Notes under the pieces: model-generated | The model's database searches: none | What the model saw: the letters and a program-made list of their open reading frames with translations, nothing else | What the model was told of the DNA's origin: nothing | Program-made: the position numbers and the translations under genes | Sequence record: SRR2962707_4620 | DNA length: 53,814 nucleotides | Strand: one strand, 5' to 3' | Shown here: positions 31,555 to 42,039 of the stretch, piece by piece | Position numbering within the stretch: position 1 is the first letter of the stretch | How the letters are laid out: every line of letters begins with the position of its first letter

Positions 31555-32622
31555 ATGAGTTCTTTTTCATCGGGTAAAGCATTGCAAGAGTTGAATATTC
31601 GTGACTTGTCTGTGGGGTATCATGGGCAAGCGGTAGTGCATGATGTGTCGTTTGATTTAACCGCGGGACAAATTGGCTGTTTGTTAGGGCCAAGTGGTTG
31701 CGGAAAATCCACCTTGTTACGGGCTATTGCGGGCTTTGAAGCCGTCTTGTCTGGGGCTATTTCATTGAATGGCGAGGTGATTTCCAGCGTTGACTATTTG
31801 CTGCCTCCAGAGCAGCGTCAGATTGGCATGGTGTTTCAAGACATTGCGCTTTTCCCGCACCTTACCATAGCAGACAACATTGCGTTTGGCCTCAAGGGCA
31901 TGAGCAGCCGTGTGGTGAGCAATCGAGTGGCTGAGCTGCTGGATCTGATCGGTTTGGTTGGTTACGAAATGCGCTACCCACATTCTTTGTCGGGTGGGCA
32001 GCAGCAGCGTGTGGCGCTCGCCAGAGCCATGGCTCCCAAGCCCAAGCTCTTATTAATGGATGAGCCGTTTTCAGGTTTGGATGCCAAATTACGAGAAGAG
32101 CTGGTGCCTGATATTCGCCAGATACTCAAGCATGAAGGCATGAGTGCGATTTTGGTAACCCATGATCAAATGGAAGCCTTTGCTATGGCCGATACCATCG
32201 CGGTAATGGAGTCAGGCGAAATCCACCAATACGGCACGCCTTATCAAATCTACCATCGACCTGAAAGCCGTTTCACTGCAAGATTTGTCGGCCAAGGGGA
32301 TTTTCTTTCTGCGGTGGTGTGTGGGCACGATTGTTTAGACTCAGACCTTGGTCGCATTCGTGGTGTCTTGAGCGACGAACTCGCCATTGGCAGCCAGGTC
32401 GACTTATTGGTTCGCCCAGACGATGTGATACACGACGACGCAAGTGAATTTAAAGGCTTGGTAATGAGTAAGTGGTTTCGCGGTTCACACTTCTTGTATC
32501 GCGTGAAATTGGCATCAGGACTGGTGGTGTATTGCTTCGCGTCTTCCCATCATAATCACGCGATAGGCCAAGAAATTGGCATCAATATTGAGCTGGATCA
32601 TCTGGTGGTCTTTAGTAAATAG
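31555..32622 (+). CDS. Fe3+ ABC transporter ATP-binding protein (FbpC type)
   Basis: GPSGCGKST, LSGGQQQRVALARA, LLMDEPF, VTHD. Confidence 0.92.
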   Translation: MSSFSSGKALQELNIRDLSVGYHGQAVVHDVSFDLTAGQIGCLLGPSGCGKSTLLRAIAGFEAVLSGAISLNGEVISSVDYLLPPEQRQIGMVFQDIALFPHLTIADNIAFGLKGMSSRVVSNRVAELLDLIGLVGYEMRYPHSLSGGQQQRVALARAMAPKPKLLLMDEPFSGLDAKLREELVPDIRQILKHEGMSAILVTHDQMEAFAMADTIAVMESGEIHQYGTPYQIYHRPESRFTARFVGQGDFLSAVVCGHDCLDSDLGRIRGVLSDELAIGSQVDLLVRPDDVIHDDASEFKGLVMSKWFRGSHFLYRVKLASGLVVYCFASSHHNHAIGQEIGINIELDHLVVFSK

Positions 32623-32673
32623 AGGTGTTTAGCAAACAGCGCTTTGCCAGGGCATCCGTTGCTTTTGGCAAAG

Positions 32674-32712
32674 AAAAAAACGGGCAAGTTCTCATGGAAA
32701 TTGCCCGTTCTT
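32674..32712 (-). terminator. Terminator between convergent genes
   Basis: A-tract then aacgggcaa/ttgcccgtt. Confidence 0.7.
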
Positions 32713-32733
32713 CGAATCCTTCTTAGGCGAAAC

Positions 32734-33243
32734 TTATCCGCAACATTTTTTGAATTTTTTACCTGAGCCGCAAGAGCAAGGGTCGTTACGGCCAACTTTA
32801 TGGCTTTCTACGGGGGCGGTTTTTTGCGGGCTTGAGTGAACTTCATGGCTGCCAGAAACATACAACCATTGCCCATTTATTTTGTTAAAGAGTGACTTTT
32901 CTGTCAATTCCCCTTGGTGTTTACCTTCTGTAAAACGGGCACGAAAGGTGACGCTGCCAGTGTCGTCGCTTGCTTGGCCTTGCTCGGTTTCTAAAATGTC
33001 TAATTGAGTCCACAAGGTGGTGCTGTTTTCTTCTTGTATCGCTTGTGTGTCGTCTTCACTGGTGTCGTTGTCGAGCTGCTGGGTGCGTTGAATATAATCA
33101 ATGTCGTTACGTGCAAACGCGCTGAAACGAGAGCGCATCAGGGCCTCAGCCGTTGGTGCTGAACCTGGGTTTTGGTGATAGACAGCGCAGCAGTCTTGGT
33201 AGTTCTTTTCAGTGCCACAGGGGCAGGGTATTTGGTTTGCCAT
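32734..33243 (-). CDS. ychJ: YchJ family (UPF0225) SEC-C motif protein
   Basis: CPCGT...[16 protein letters not shown]-terminal [18 protein letters not shown]. Confidence 0.92.
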   Translation of the reverse strand: MANQIPCPCGTEKNYQDCCAVYHQNPGSAPTAEALMRSRFSAFARNDIDYIQRTQQLDNDTSEDDTQAIQEENSTTLWTQLDILETEQGQASDDTGSVTFRARFTEGKHQGELTEKSLFNKINGQWLYVSGSHEVHSSPQKTAPVESHKVGRNDPCSCGSGKKFKKCCG

Positions 33244-33322
33244 TGTTCGGCTCCTCGCATCGCCAAATCGTCATTAAGATGCGTATAATACGGGTTTCTT
33301 TCATGGCTAACAGGAATTATTT

Positions 33323-34774
33323 GTGACCTCATCGGGACCCACTTCATTTTTATGGTTTGATTTTGAAACCACTGGAACAGACCCCGCACGAGATAGGCCA
33401 ATGCAGTTTGCGGGTATTCGCACGGATCTTGAATTTAACGTGATCGGCGAACCTATGATGTTTTATTGCCGCCTTCCAGAGGATGTTTTACCGCAACCAG
33501 AGGCGTGTCTATTAACCGGTATTAGTCCGCAAGAAGCCAATCGAGAAGGGCTTTGTGAAGCGGAGTTTATGGCGGCCATAGAAGCAGAGTTGTCATTGCC
33601 TGGCACCTGTTCATTAGGGTACAACAGCATTCGTTTTGATGATGAAGTTGTACGTCACGGTTTTTATCGTAACTTTATCGATCCTTATGCTCGTGAATGG
33701 CAAAACAATTGCTCGCGCTGGGACATTATTGATTTAGTGCGCATGACCTACGCAATGCGCCCAGAAGGCATTGAATGGCCCATAGGCGAAGACGGCCAGG
33801 TATCGATGAAACTCGAAGCACTGACCAAAGCCAATAACATTGCCCATGAACAAGCGCACGATGCTTTGTCCGATGTGTACGGCACCATCGAAGTGGCCAA
33901 ACTGATTAAAACGACGCACCCTAAGTTGTTCGATTATTATTTGAAAATGCGTCAGAAACACGAGTTACAACAATTTATCGACCCGATTCGCATGAAGCCG
34001 TTTTTGCATGTCTCAGGCATGTTCGGTCAGGTGAAAAAATACAGTGCGTTTGTTGCGCCTATTGCTCCGCATCCGACCAATAAAAATGGTGTGATTGTGT
34101 TCGATCTAATGAGCGATGCACAACCTCTGATTGACCTCAGTGTCGAGGAAATCCGTCACCGCGTGTTTACTCGCCAAGACGAATTGGGTGACCTTCCGCG
34201 CTTGCCGCTCAAAGTCATTCATTACAATAAGGCGCCAGCGGTAGCACCAGCAACCTTCTTGAAAGACGAAAAGGTGGTGGCGCGTCTTGAATTGGATGGC
34301 GATGCCTGCCGGAAAAATCTCGCTTTGTTAAAGTCTTTCCCAGGCTTGTCCGAAAAAATCAGTCAGGTGTTTGTGCAAGAAGAGCGCAGCATTCCTAAAG
34401 ACCCAGATTTGATGCTGTATTCTGGTGGTTTCTTCTCGCGCGAAGACAAAGCTCGGATGGACACCATTCGAAATACGCCGCCTGACGCCTTAAATGAACT
34501 CGAAATGTCATTTGATGATCGTCGTTTACCGGAAATGTTAATGCGTTATATTGCGCGTAATTACCCGGATCAGTTAAATGAGCAGCAGCGTGAAGAATGG
34601 GAAGAATTCCGAGCCTTTAAATTGCTGGACAAAGACGGTGGTGGCTCAATTGACATGGAGGCTTTCTTTGATCGTTTGAACGCCATTGCGCAAACGCCAG
34701 ATTTGCCTCCATCAAAACAGCTAATGCTGCAAGATTTATCCGATTATGCACAAAGCATCTACCCGATAGACTAA
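33323..34774 (+). CDS. sbcB: Exodeoxyribonuclease I
   Basis: DFETTG, DRPMQFAGIRTD, GYNSIRFDDE, AHDALSDV. Confidence 0.96.
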   Translation: MTSSGPTSFLWFDFETTGTDPARDRPMQFAGIRTDLEFNVIGEPMMFYCRLPEDVLPQPEACLLTGISPQEANREGLCEAEFMAAIEAELSLPGTCSLGYNSIRFDDEVVRHGFYRNFIDPYAREWQNNCSRWDIIDLVRMTYAMRPEGIEWPIGEDGQVSMKLEALTKANNIAHEQAHDALSDVYGTIEVAKLIKTTHPKLFDYYLKMRQKHELQQFIDPIRMKPFLHVSGMFGQVKKYSAFVAPIAPHPTNKNGVIVFDLMSDAQPLIDLSVEEIRHRVFTRQDELGDLPRLPLKVIHYNKAPAVAPATFLKDEKVVARLELDGDACRKNLALLKSFPGLSEKISQVFVQEERSIPKDPDLMLYSGGFFSREDKARMDTIRNTPPDALNELEMSFDDRRLPEMLMRYIARNYPDQLNEQQREEWEEFRAFKLLDKDGGGSIDMEAFFDRLNAIAQTPDLPPSKQLMLQDLSDYAQSIYPID

Positions 34775-34787
34775 TCAAGGAGTTGAC

Positions 34788-35825
34788 ATGAGTGAACAGC
34801 ATAGAGGCACGCACTGGTTAGTTGGCTTAGCCGCGTTTGTGATTATTATCGCGGGGTTGAAAGCCGCCTCCCAAATTGTGGTGCCTTTTATGCTGGCGGT
34901 GTTTATTGCCATCGTATGCGCTCCCTTGATGGCCAGTTTACGCCGCAGAAAGGTGCCCACTTGGCTGTCTATTGTGCTGGTGGTGTTGGTGGTGTTGGTT
35001 GGGCTCGGCATGATGGGCGCGTTGGTAGGGTCCTCGTTGGATGATCTTTCGAAGCAATTGCCGACCTATAAATCGCGTTTCGCGGAAGAAATGTCCAGTT
35101 TGCTGGCCAGCCTAAACAACATTGGCATTCATATTTCCTATGACAAAATCAAAGGGTATGTGGACCCGTCTTCTTTGATGCAGTTAGTGGCAAAAGCCTT
35201 AAGTGGGTTAGGCAGTGCATTGACGAATTTCGTGTTGGTGATTATGACGGTCGTGTTTATTTTATTTGAAGCGGTTGAGCTGCCTAAGAAGCTGTCGCTG
35301 GCCTTGAATGATGCGACTCAGTCGTTAGAGCATTTCCGTTCTTTTATTAATTCGGTGAACCGCTATTTGGTGATCAAAACCTCTGTTAGCTTACTAACGG
35401 GTGTCGTGATTGCATTGTGGCTATGGATCATAGGTGTGGATTTCCCCATCTTGTGGGGCGTGTGTGCCTTTTTGCTGAATTTCGTACCCAATATTGGTTC
35501 TATTATTGCGGCCGTGCCTGCCGTGCTGTTGGCATTTGTTCAGCTCGGCCCCCTCTATGCTGGTTTAACCGCATTGGGTTTTGTGGTGGTCAATTTGTTC
35601 GTGGGCAATGTGATCGAGCCGCGCTATATGGGCAAAGGCTTAGGACTCTCAACGCTGGTGGTTTTCTTATCCTTATTGTTATGGGGGTGGGTGTTTGGTC
35701 CGGTAGGGATGTTGTTGTCGATACCACTGACGATTATTGTGAAACTGGCCTTAGAAGCCAATCCGCGCATGAAGTGGCTGGCTGTGATGATCGACTCCAG
35801 CAGCAATCAAAAGTTGGATGACTAA
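34788..35825 (+). CDS. AI-2E family transporter (TqsA/YhhT-like)
   Basis: LNFVPNIGS, GNVIEPRYMGKGLGLS, WGWVFGPVGMLLSIPLT. Confidence 0.9.
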   Translation: MSEQHRGTHWLVGLAAFVIIIAGLKAASQIVVPFMLAVFIAIVCAPLMASLRRRKVPTWLSIVLVVLVVLVGLGMMGALVGSSLDDLSKQLPTYKSRFAEEMSSLLASLNNIGIHISYDKIKGYVDPSSLMQLVAKALSGLGSALTNFVLVIMTVVFILFEAVELPKKLSLALNDATQSLEHFRSFINSVNRYLVIKTSVSLLTGVVIALWLWIIGVDFPILWGVCAFLLNFVPNIGSIIAAVPAVLLAFVQLGPLYAGLTALGFVVVNLFVGNVIEPRYMGKGLGLSTLVVFLSLLLWGWVFGPVGMLLSIPLTIIVKLALEANPRMKWLAVMIDSSSNQKLDD

Positions 35826-36034
35826 AAGCATCACAGCGTCCAGTGGCGCAGTGTGCTATTGCGCAAAATAACCTAAAAGAAATGGACGATAGTCTGGATA
35901 AATAAGCAAGAAAGGCGACATTGTCAAAAGTCGGCCTAACAACGTTGATTTTGAATTGCTTGGCTGGATAGACTCAAGCTCACAGAATGAACATTGCCGT
36001 AATAGCTACGGTATTTAAGGTTAGGAGACCTATT

Positions 36035-36739
36035 ATGAGCGATACTTTTCACTCTCTTTTTATCGACAATGTTGGCCGCCAACATTACCAAGTAGGCACC
36101 ACGGATGTCGCAAGTAAATCCATTCATGTGGTTATTTGGCCAACGTTTTCAGGTTTGACGGATTTCGAAAAATCGATTGCCGACAAAGTCGCGTCATTTG
36201 GCTATTCAGTGACGGCTGTGGATTTATATGGGCAAGATTGCGTCTTAGAGAGCACCGAAGATAAATTGTCTTTAATGGGCAAGTTACTCGAAAATGAAAC
36301 ACCTCTTCATCAATTGCAACGGACTTTGACAGACGAGTCAGTGGCGAATCTGAGCAATAAAACCATTGTTCATATTGGCTTTTGTTTGGGTGGTCGTTTG
36401 GCCTTAGAAGCCGGTCAGTACTTTAAAGACAGTGTCGGCGCTGCGAGCTTCCATGGTTTGATGAGTTTTAATAGAGCGCCGGAAGAGCAGGTTAATCGTG
36501 ACCTGAAGATCATGGTGTTAAATGGCTATAATGACCATATGGTGAGCGATGCTGATGCTCAATCTGCCAAGCAGTACTGGACAGGATTAGGCATTGATTT
36601 TCAATTTATGGACTTTGGCAACACGGTGCATTCTTTTATGCTGCCCAGTGCGAATAACCCAGAGCACGGCAGCCTTTACAACCCTGTTGTAGCGCAACGA
36701 GGTTATGCTTATTTGGAAAACTTCTTAAGCGAATTTTAG
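36035..36739 (+). CDS. Dienelactone hydrolase family protein
   Basis: GFCLGG nucleophile elbow, Asp in NGYNDHM, HSF; AGGAG RBS before ATG 36035. Confidence 0.88.
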   Translation: MSDTFHSLFIDNVGRQHYQVGTTDVASKSIHVVIWPTFSGLTDFEKSIADKVASFGYSVTAVDLYGQDCVLESTEDKLSLMGKLLENETPLHQLQRTLTDESVANLSNKTIVHIGFCLGGRLALEAGQYFKDSVGAASFHGLMSFNRAPEEQVNRDLKIMVLNGYNDHMVSDADAQSAKQYWTGLGIDFQFMDFGNTVHSFMLPSANNPEHGSLYNPVVAQRGYAYLENFLSEF

Positions 36740-36771
36740 GCCTTACCCAGTGTGTTGAATGACACATGACC

Positions 36772-36806
36772 TACAAAAATGCCCTCGTAATGAGGGCATT
36801 TTTGTA
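36772..36806. terminator. Bidirectional terminator
   Basis: tacaaaaatgccctc/gagggcatttttgta. Confidence 0.85.
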
Positions 36807-36831
36807 TCAGTCAATGGCTGCTAGTTAGGCG

Positions 36832-37938
36832 TTAAGTGCGCGACGGAATAGGGCGATTGACTAAGGCTTCCCCTTTACTATTGAATAAATAGCAATCTGT
36901 TTTAGCAACGCCGACCGTAACGGATTCTCCGTTTCGTGTGAGATTCTGGCCGCTGGCTTCTATGGTTAATTTATGGCCTTTATACTGTCCATATAAGAAG
37001 CTGGTGCCGCCTAAATGCTCAGCAACATCCACTTCAACGGTAAAAGAGAAATCGCTGTTTTCTGTGGTTTCTTTCACATGTTCTGGGCGTAACCCCAGTT
37101 TAACGCTTTCATTGACGCTGACTTTGTCGGCATCGACGGTGAGGGCAATTTGTTGCCCTGCGACATCGATGGTCGCGAGGCTTTTTTCATCAATGGCCAG
37201 TACCTTGCCATCCAAAAAATTCATTCTAGGCGAGCCTATAAAGCCGGCGACAAATTCATTGGCAGGGTTGTGGTATAGCGTTAATGGGGAGCCTACTTGT
37301 TCCACATTGCCCGCGCGTAAGACGACAATCTTGTCCGCCAGTGTCATGGCTTCTACTTGATCGTGGGTAACGTAGATCATTGACGATTTTAAGCGACTGT
37401 GGAGTTGTGCGATTTGAATGCGCATATCAACCCGAAGTTCGGCGTCAAGGTTAGACAATGGCTCATCAAACAAAAACACGTCTGGTTGACGCACAATGGC
37501 GCGGCCGATGGCCACACGTTGGCGCTGACCACCAGAGAGTTGTTTGGGTTTGCGATCTAATAAACTTTCTAATTGCAAAATGCTGGCCGCATTGGCCACC
37601 TGAGTTTTGATTTTTTCCGGGTCCACACCGGTCATACGCAAGCCAAAACTCATGTTTTCTTCGACCGTCATATGCGGATAAAGCGCATAAGACTGGAACA
37701 CCATGGCCACGCCACGATCCGCGGGGGCGACGCTGTTCATGTTTTGGCCATTGATCTCTAATGTGCCGTCTGTGATGTCTTCTAGGCCAGCAATTAAGCG
37801 CAATAGCGTCGATTTACCGCAGCCAGAAGGACCAACAAAAACGACAAATTCACCGTCTTCTAGTTCTAGGTTAACGCCATGGATTGTTTCAATCTCATTA
37901 AAGCGTTTGATGACGTTTTTTAATTTTATTGTTGCCAT
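36832..37938 (-). CDS. Sugar ABC transporter ATP-binding protein (MalK/LacK type)
   Basis: GPSGCGKST, VFQSYALYPHM, LSGGQRQR, FIGSPRMN; ATG at 37938. Confidence 0.94.
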   Translation of the reverse strand: MATIKLKNVIKRFNEIETIHGVNLELEDGEFVVFVGPSGCGKSTLLRLIAGLEDITDGTLEINGQNMNSVAPADRGVAMVFQSYALYPHMTVEENMSFGLRMTGVDPEKIKTQVANAASILQLESLLDRKPKQLSGGQRQRVAIGRAIVRQPDVFLFDEPLSNLDAELRVDMRIQIAQLHSRLKSSMIYVTHDQVEAMTLADKIVVLRAGNVEQVGSPLTLYHNPANEFVAGFIGSPRMNFLDGKVLAIDEKSLATIDVAGQQIALTVDADKVSVNESVKLGLRPEHVKETTENSDFSFTVEVDVAEHLGGTSFLYGQYKGHKLTIEASGQNLTRNGESVTVGVAKTDCYLFNSKGEALVNRPIPSRT

Positions 37939-38094
37939 GAAATTTATCCTAATGCTTGTCGGAGGCAATCGCCCCCATTCGGGTGGAGACTTTCATGATT
38001 AGGCTTCCCTAATGCGGCAACCTTAATATTAATCATGATGGCTTGTAAACTTCGCCTGAGTAAAGTTCATTTTGTACTATAAATACTAAACCGT

Positions 38095-38189
38095 TGTTAT
38101 TTAATAACAGTTGCAAAAATAATGACGCTATTCCATTATTTTATGAGGATGTTTGCCTGTCAAGTATGACAAACTGTAATTTAATAACA
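38095..38189. promoter_or_regulatory. Two HexR-like palindromic operators
   Basis: TGTTATTTAATAACA (38095-38109) and TGTAATTTAATAACA (38175-38189) in the divergent promoter region; resemble TGTAAT-N3-ATTACA. Confidence 0.55.
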
Positions 38190-38208
38190 ATAAAAAGGTG
38201 GGTTAGCG

Positions 38209-39084
38209 ATGCAGAAATTGCATAGCAAACAGCAACAATGGATGCCAATTTTGTTCCTCGCACCGGCAGTCATTTTGTTTTCGCTCTACGTGATTTTCCC
38301 TATTGCTCAAAGTATCTGGTTAAGTTTCTTTGAGTGGGATGGATTAGGTGAAAAGACGTTTGTAGGATTAAGTAATTATTTTGAGTTGTTTTCGGATGAA
38401 CAATTTTGGACCGCATTAATCAATAACCTTTATTGGTTGATCTTCTTTATGTTGGCCCCTCCTATTGGCTTATTACTTGCGTTGTTCCTAAACCAAAAAG
38501 TGATGGGAATACGTTTTGTTAAAGCGATGTTTTTCTTCCCCTTTGTTATCTCACAAGTGGTCGTTGGTCTGGTTTTTTCTTGGTTCTACGACCCCAGTTT
38601 TGGCTTATTTAACAAGGCGATTGAGCTGTTTGGTTTTCAGCCGATTGCAGTATTGTCGGACGAGCATTGGGTAACGTTCGGCATCATTGTGGCGGGGTTG
38701 TGGCCGCAAATAGCTTACTGCATGATCTTGTATCTCACAGGCTTAAATAATTTGAGCCCAGACCAGATCGAAGCCGCACGCTTAGACGGTGCTCATGGCT
38801 GGAAAATGCTGCGACATGTGATTCTTCCGCAATTAAAACCAGCGACCTTTATTGCCATTGTCGTGACGGTGATTGGTGCATTACGAAGTTTCGACTTGGT
38901 GGCCACCATGACCTCAGGTGGACCATTTGGTAGCTCCAGTGTGCTGGCGTATTTCATGTATGAGCAATCTATTTTCAACTATCGGGCAGGGTATGGCGCG
39001 GCCATTGCGACCATCTTGTTCTTGATTATGGATATTTACATTGCCTACTTCCTATGGCGCATGCTGAAGAGTGAGAAAGCCTAA
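38209..39084 (+). CDS. Carbohydrate ABC transporter permease (MalF-like)
   Basis: FVGLSNY, EAARLDGA (EAA loop). Confidence 0.92.
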   Translation: MQKLHSKQQQWMPILFLAPAVILFSLYVIFPIAQSIWLSFFEWDGLGEKTFVGLSNYFELFSDEQFWTALINNLYWLIFFMLAPPIGLLLALFLNQKVMGIRFVKAMFFFPFVISQVVVGLVFSWFYDPSFGLFNKAIELFGFQPIAVLSDEHWVTFGIIVAGLWPQIAYCMILYLTGLNNLSPDQIEAARLDGAHGWKMLRHVILPQLKPATFIAIVVTVIGALRSFDLVATMTSGGPFGSSSVLAYFMYEQSIFNYRAGYGAAIATILFLIMDIYIAYFLWRMLKSEKA

Positions 39085-39935
39085 TGTTTCCAACACCAGT
39101 AGAAAAAAAGTCATTACCTTTTAACATCAGTTACCGCGTCGCCATTTGGGTTGCTTTGTTTTTGTGGTTATTACCGCTGTTGGCGGTATTGATGACCTCA
39201 GCTCGCTCCACAGCAGACCTTAATGCAGGCAACTATTGGGGCATCCCTACGCAGTGGATGTTTTTGCAAAACTACACCTTGGTGTTTACTCAAACACCGA
39301 TGTTACGGTATTTGCTGAACTCCTTGATCATAACCTTGCCTGCAGTAATTGGGGCTGTGTCGCTTTCAACGCTAGCCGGTTATGCGCTGGCAAAATTTAA
39401 ATTCCGCGGGCGTATTGGTTTATTTGCCGCCTTTATTGCGGGTAATTTTGTGCCGTTTCAAATCTTAATGATTCCGGTGCGAAACCTCACCATAGACATG
39501 GGGTTATACGATACGGCGAGCGGTTTGATTTTGTTTCATATCGCTTTTCAAACCGGATTCTGTACCTTATTTATGCGTAACTTTATTGTTGGTTTGCCTG
39601 ATGAGCTAATCGAAGCGGCGCGGGTTGAAGGGGTCAGTGAATGGCAAATTTTTCGACACATTGTATTGCCTTTGGTTCGTCCGGCCTTAGCGGCCTTGGC
39701 GGTGCTGATTTTCACCTTTATCTGGAACGATTATTTCTGGGCATTGGTGTTGGTACAAAGTGATGAAGTGCGTCCTATTACCGCGGGGATCAGTGCTTTG
39801 AAAGGCCAATGGATGGCGTCTTGGCAGTTGATTTCTGCAGGGTCTATTATTGCTGCGTTGCCGCCCGTGATTCTGTTTTTTGCGATGCAGCGACATTTTA
39901 TTGCGGGATTAACACTAGGGGCAACAAAAGGCTAA
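39084..39935 (+). CDS. Carbohydrate ABC transporter permease (MalG-like)
   Basis: LPDELIEAARVEG, FIWNDYFW, QRHFIAGLTLGATKG. Confidence 0.92.
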   Translation: MFPTPVEKKSLPFNISYRVAIWVALFLWLLPLLAVLMTSARSTADLNAGNYWGIPTQWMFLQNYTLVFTQTPMLRYLLNSLIITLPAVIGAVSLSTLAGYALAKFKFRGRIGLFAAFIAGNFVPFQILMIPVRNLTIDMGLYDTASGLILFHIAFQTGFCTLFMRNFIVGLPDELIEAARVEGVSEWQIFRHIVLPLVRPALAALAVLIFTFIWNDYFWALVLVQSDEVRPITAGISALKGQWMASWQLISAGSIIAALPPVILFFAMQRHFIAGLTLGATKG

Positions 39936-40008
39936 GGTGTTTCTACGCTGATTGAGCAATATTTCAAGGAGGCTGAGGTGATCAAAACGTCAGTCACAGG
40001 AGTGCTAT

Positions 40009-41991
40009 ATGAAGTTAGGTGTGTGTTATTACCCTGAGCATTGGCCTAAAAGTCGCTGGCAGCAAGACGCTCAGGCCATGCGAGAAATGGGCATTGAATA
40101 TGTCCGTATTGGTGAGTTTAGTTGGAGTACGATAGAGCCTGAGCCTGGCGAGTTACATTGGCAATGGCTGGATGAATCGTTAGATATATTGCACTCGCAG
40201 GGTTTAAAAGTCATTTTAGGCACGCCGACTGCGACGCCCCCTAAATGGCTTGTTGATCGTCATCCATCTATGTTGGCCAAAGACGAGCAGGGGCGCTTTC
40301 GTCATTTTGGCTCACGTCGTCATTACACCTTTGCCAGTCTTGAGTATCGTGAGGAGTGTCGCCGTATTGTGACCTTAATGGCCCAGCGTTATGGGCAGCA
40401 TCCGGCGATTGCGTCTTGGCAAACAGACAATGAATATGGTTGTCACGATACTATTTTGAGCTACGCAGATGCCGATTTGACGGCATTTCGTGTTTGGCTA
40501 AAGGACAAATATGGCTCAGTTAATGCGTTAAATCAGGCGTGGGGGAATGTCTTTTGGAGCATGGACTATCGCTCTTTTGACGAAATTGATCTGCCTAATT
40601 TAACCGTTACAGAGGCCAATCCTTCCCATCGGTTGGATTTCCAGCGTTGTTGTTCTGATCAAGTTGTGGCTTTTAATAAGCTGCAGGTCGATATTTTGCG
40701 CCACTATAGTGATGGGCGAGATTTAGTGCATAACTACATGGGCTTTTTTACTGCTTTTGATCACCATAAAGTCGGCCAAGACTTAGACGTAGCGAGCTGG
40801 GATACTTACCCTTTGGGCTTTTTGGACCAAGAAGCTATTTATTCACAAGAAGAAAAGTACACCTATTTACGCGTGGGGCACCCAGATTTTGGGGCATTTC
40901 ATCATGATTTATATCGAGGTTGTGGAAAAGGGCGCTTGTGGATCATGGAGCAACAACCAGGTCCGGTGAATTGGGCGCCACATAACCCAACACCTGCCGA
41001 TGGTGCGGTGCGTTTATGGACATGGGAGGCGTTTTCGCATGGTGCTGAATTAGTCTCCTATTTTCGTTGGCGTCAAGCGCCTTTTGGACAGGAGCAAATG
41101 CATGCTGGCTTGTTACGCCCAGATGGACAAGCAGCAGAAGCGGCCACGGAAGCGGCTCAAGTGGCTCAAGAAGTACGCCAACTATCATTGGTAACAGGGT
41201 TAGACGCGGATGAACTGATGGCGCTGCCAGAATCAGGTCATGTGGCTTTGATGTTTGATTACGATGCGTGTTGGTCGTTGGATATTCAGCCTCAATCCCG
41301 GGCTTATCGTTATCTTTTCTGGTGTTATCGCCTGTATGAAGCATTGCGTGAGTTGGGATTGTCCGTCGATATTGTTTCTTCATCTGCCCCTTTAGACACT
41401 TATAAACTATTAGTGCTGCCTGCCCAAGCGCATATTTCTGATGCGCTGCAAGATCGACTAAATAACTATCAAGGGGTGCTGTTAGCAGGGCCTCGTACTG
41501 GTAGTAAAACAGACAGTTACCAAATTCCAGAGAATCTTGCACCGGGTCCATTAGCGCATCTATTGCCGTTAACGGTAGAGCGAGTGGATGCTTTGCCAGA
41601 TCATACTCAACCCTCGGTGTTTGGCCGTTGGGGAGAAGGCAAATTACGCCATTGGCATGAGCAGATTTCGACACAATTACCCTGTTTGCTGAAAGACGAA
41701 GCGGGTAAGGCTGTTTTAGTGGGGGCTGACAAGCATTTCTATCTAGCGTCCTGCTTGGATAAGGCCTTGTTAAAAACGTGCCTTGAAAAGTTATCTGAAA
41801 AAGCCGGATTGGCCACCGAATATTTGCCTGCTGGAGTGCGTATTCGTGAGCGCGGCAAGCTGATTTTTGTTTTCAATTACGGGCCGCAGGCGGCTTTCTA
41901 TCGTCCTGATAATGCTGAGCTTGTGTTAGGGGATGATGTCTTGCAATCCGCGAGCGTTGCTATTTGGCAGCGTCAGACGGCTAAGAGTTAA
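40009..41991 (+). CDS. Beta-galactosidase, GH42
   Basis: GVCYYPEHWP, RIGEFSWS, WQTDNEYGC, WIMEQQPGPVNW, YFRWR, QEQMHAG. Confidence 0.95.
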   Translation: MKLGVCYYPEHWPKSRWQQDAQAMREMGIEYVRIGEFSWSTIEPEPGELHWQWLDESLDILHSQGLKVILGTPTATPPKWLVDRHPSMLAKDEQGRFRHFGSRRHYTFASLEYREECRRIVTLMAQRYGQHPAIASWQTDNEYGCHDTILSYADADLTAFRVWLKDKYGSVNALNQAWGNVFWSMDYRSFDEIDLPNLTVTEANPSHRLDFQRCCSDQVVAFNKLQVDILRHYSDGRDLVHNYMGFFTAFDHHKVGQDLDVASWDTYPLGFLDQEAIYSQEEKYTYLRVGHPDFGAFHHDLYRGCGKGRLWIMEQQPGPVNWAPHNPTPADGAVRLWTWEAFSHGAELVSYFRWRQAPFGQEQMHAGLLRPDGQAAEAATEAAQVAQEVRQLSLVTGLDADELMALPESGHVALMFDYDACWSLDIQPQSRAYRYLFWCYRLYEALRELGLSVDIVSSSAPLDTYKLLVLPAQAHISDALQDRLNNYQGVLLAGPRTGSKTDSYQIPENLAPGPLAHLLPLTVERVDALPDHTQPSVFGRWGEGKLRHWHEQISTQLPCLLKDEAGKAVLVGADKHFYLASCLDKALLKTCLEKLSEKAGLATEYLPAGVRIRERGKLIFVFNYGPQAAFYRPDNAELVLGDDVLQSASVAIWQRQTAKS

Positions 41992-42039
41992 TCATTGACA
42001 GTTGATGTCATTAATAAAAAGAAAAAGAGGACTTATCAA

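Noticed and set aside
37940-38040. Structured leader of the sugar ATPase gene with faint c-di-GMP-I riboswitch resemblance (gggggcgattgcctccg on the minus strand)
   Set aside because: Lacks the GCAAA and GNRA tetraloop/receptor elements; only a generic inverted repeat (tcatgatta/taatcatga) is supported
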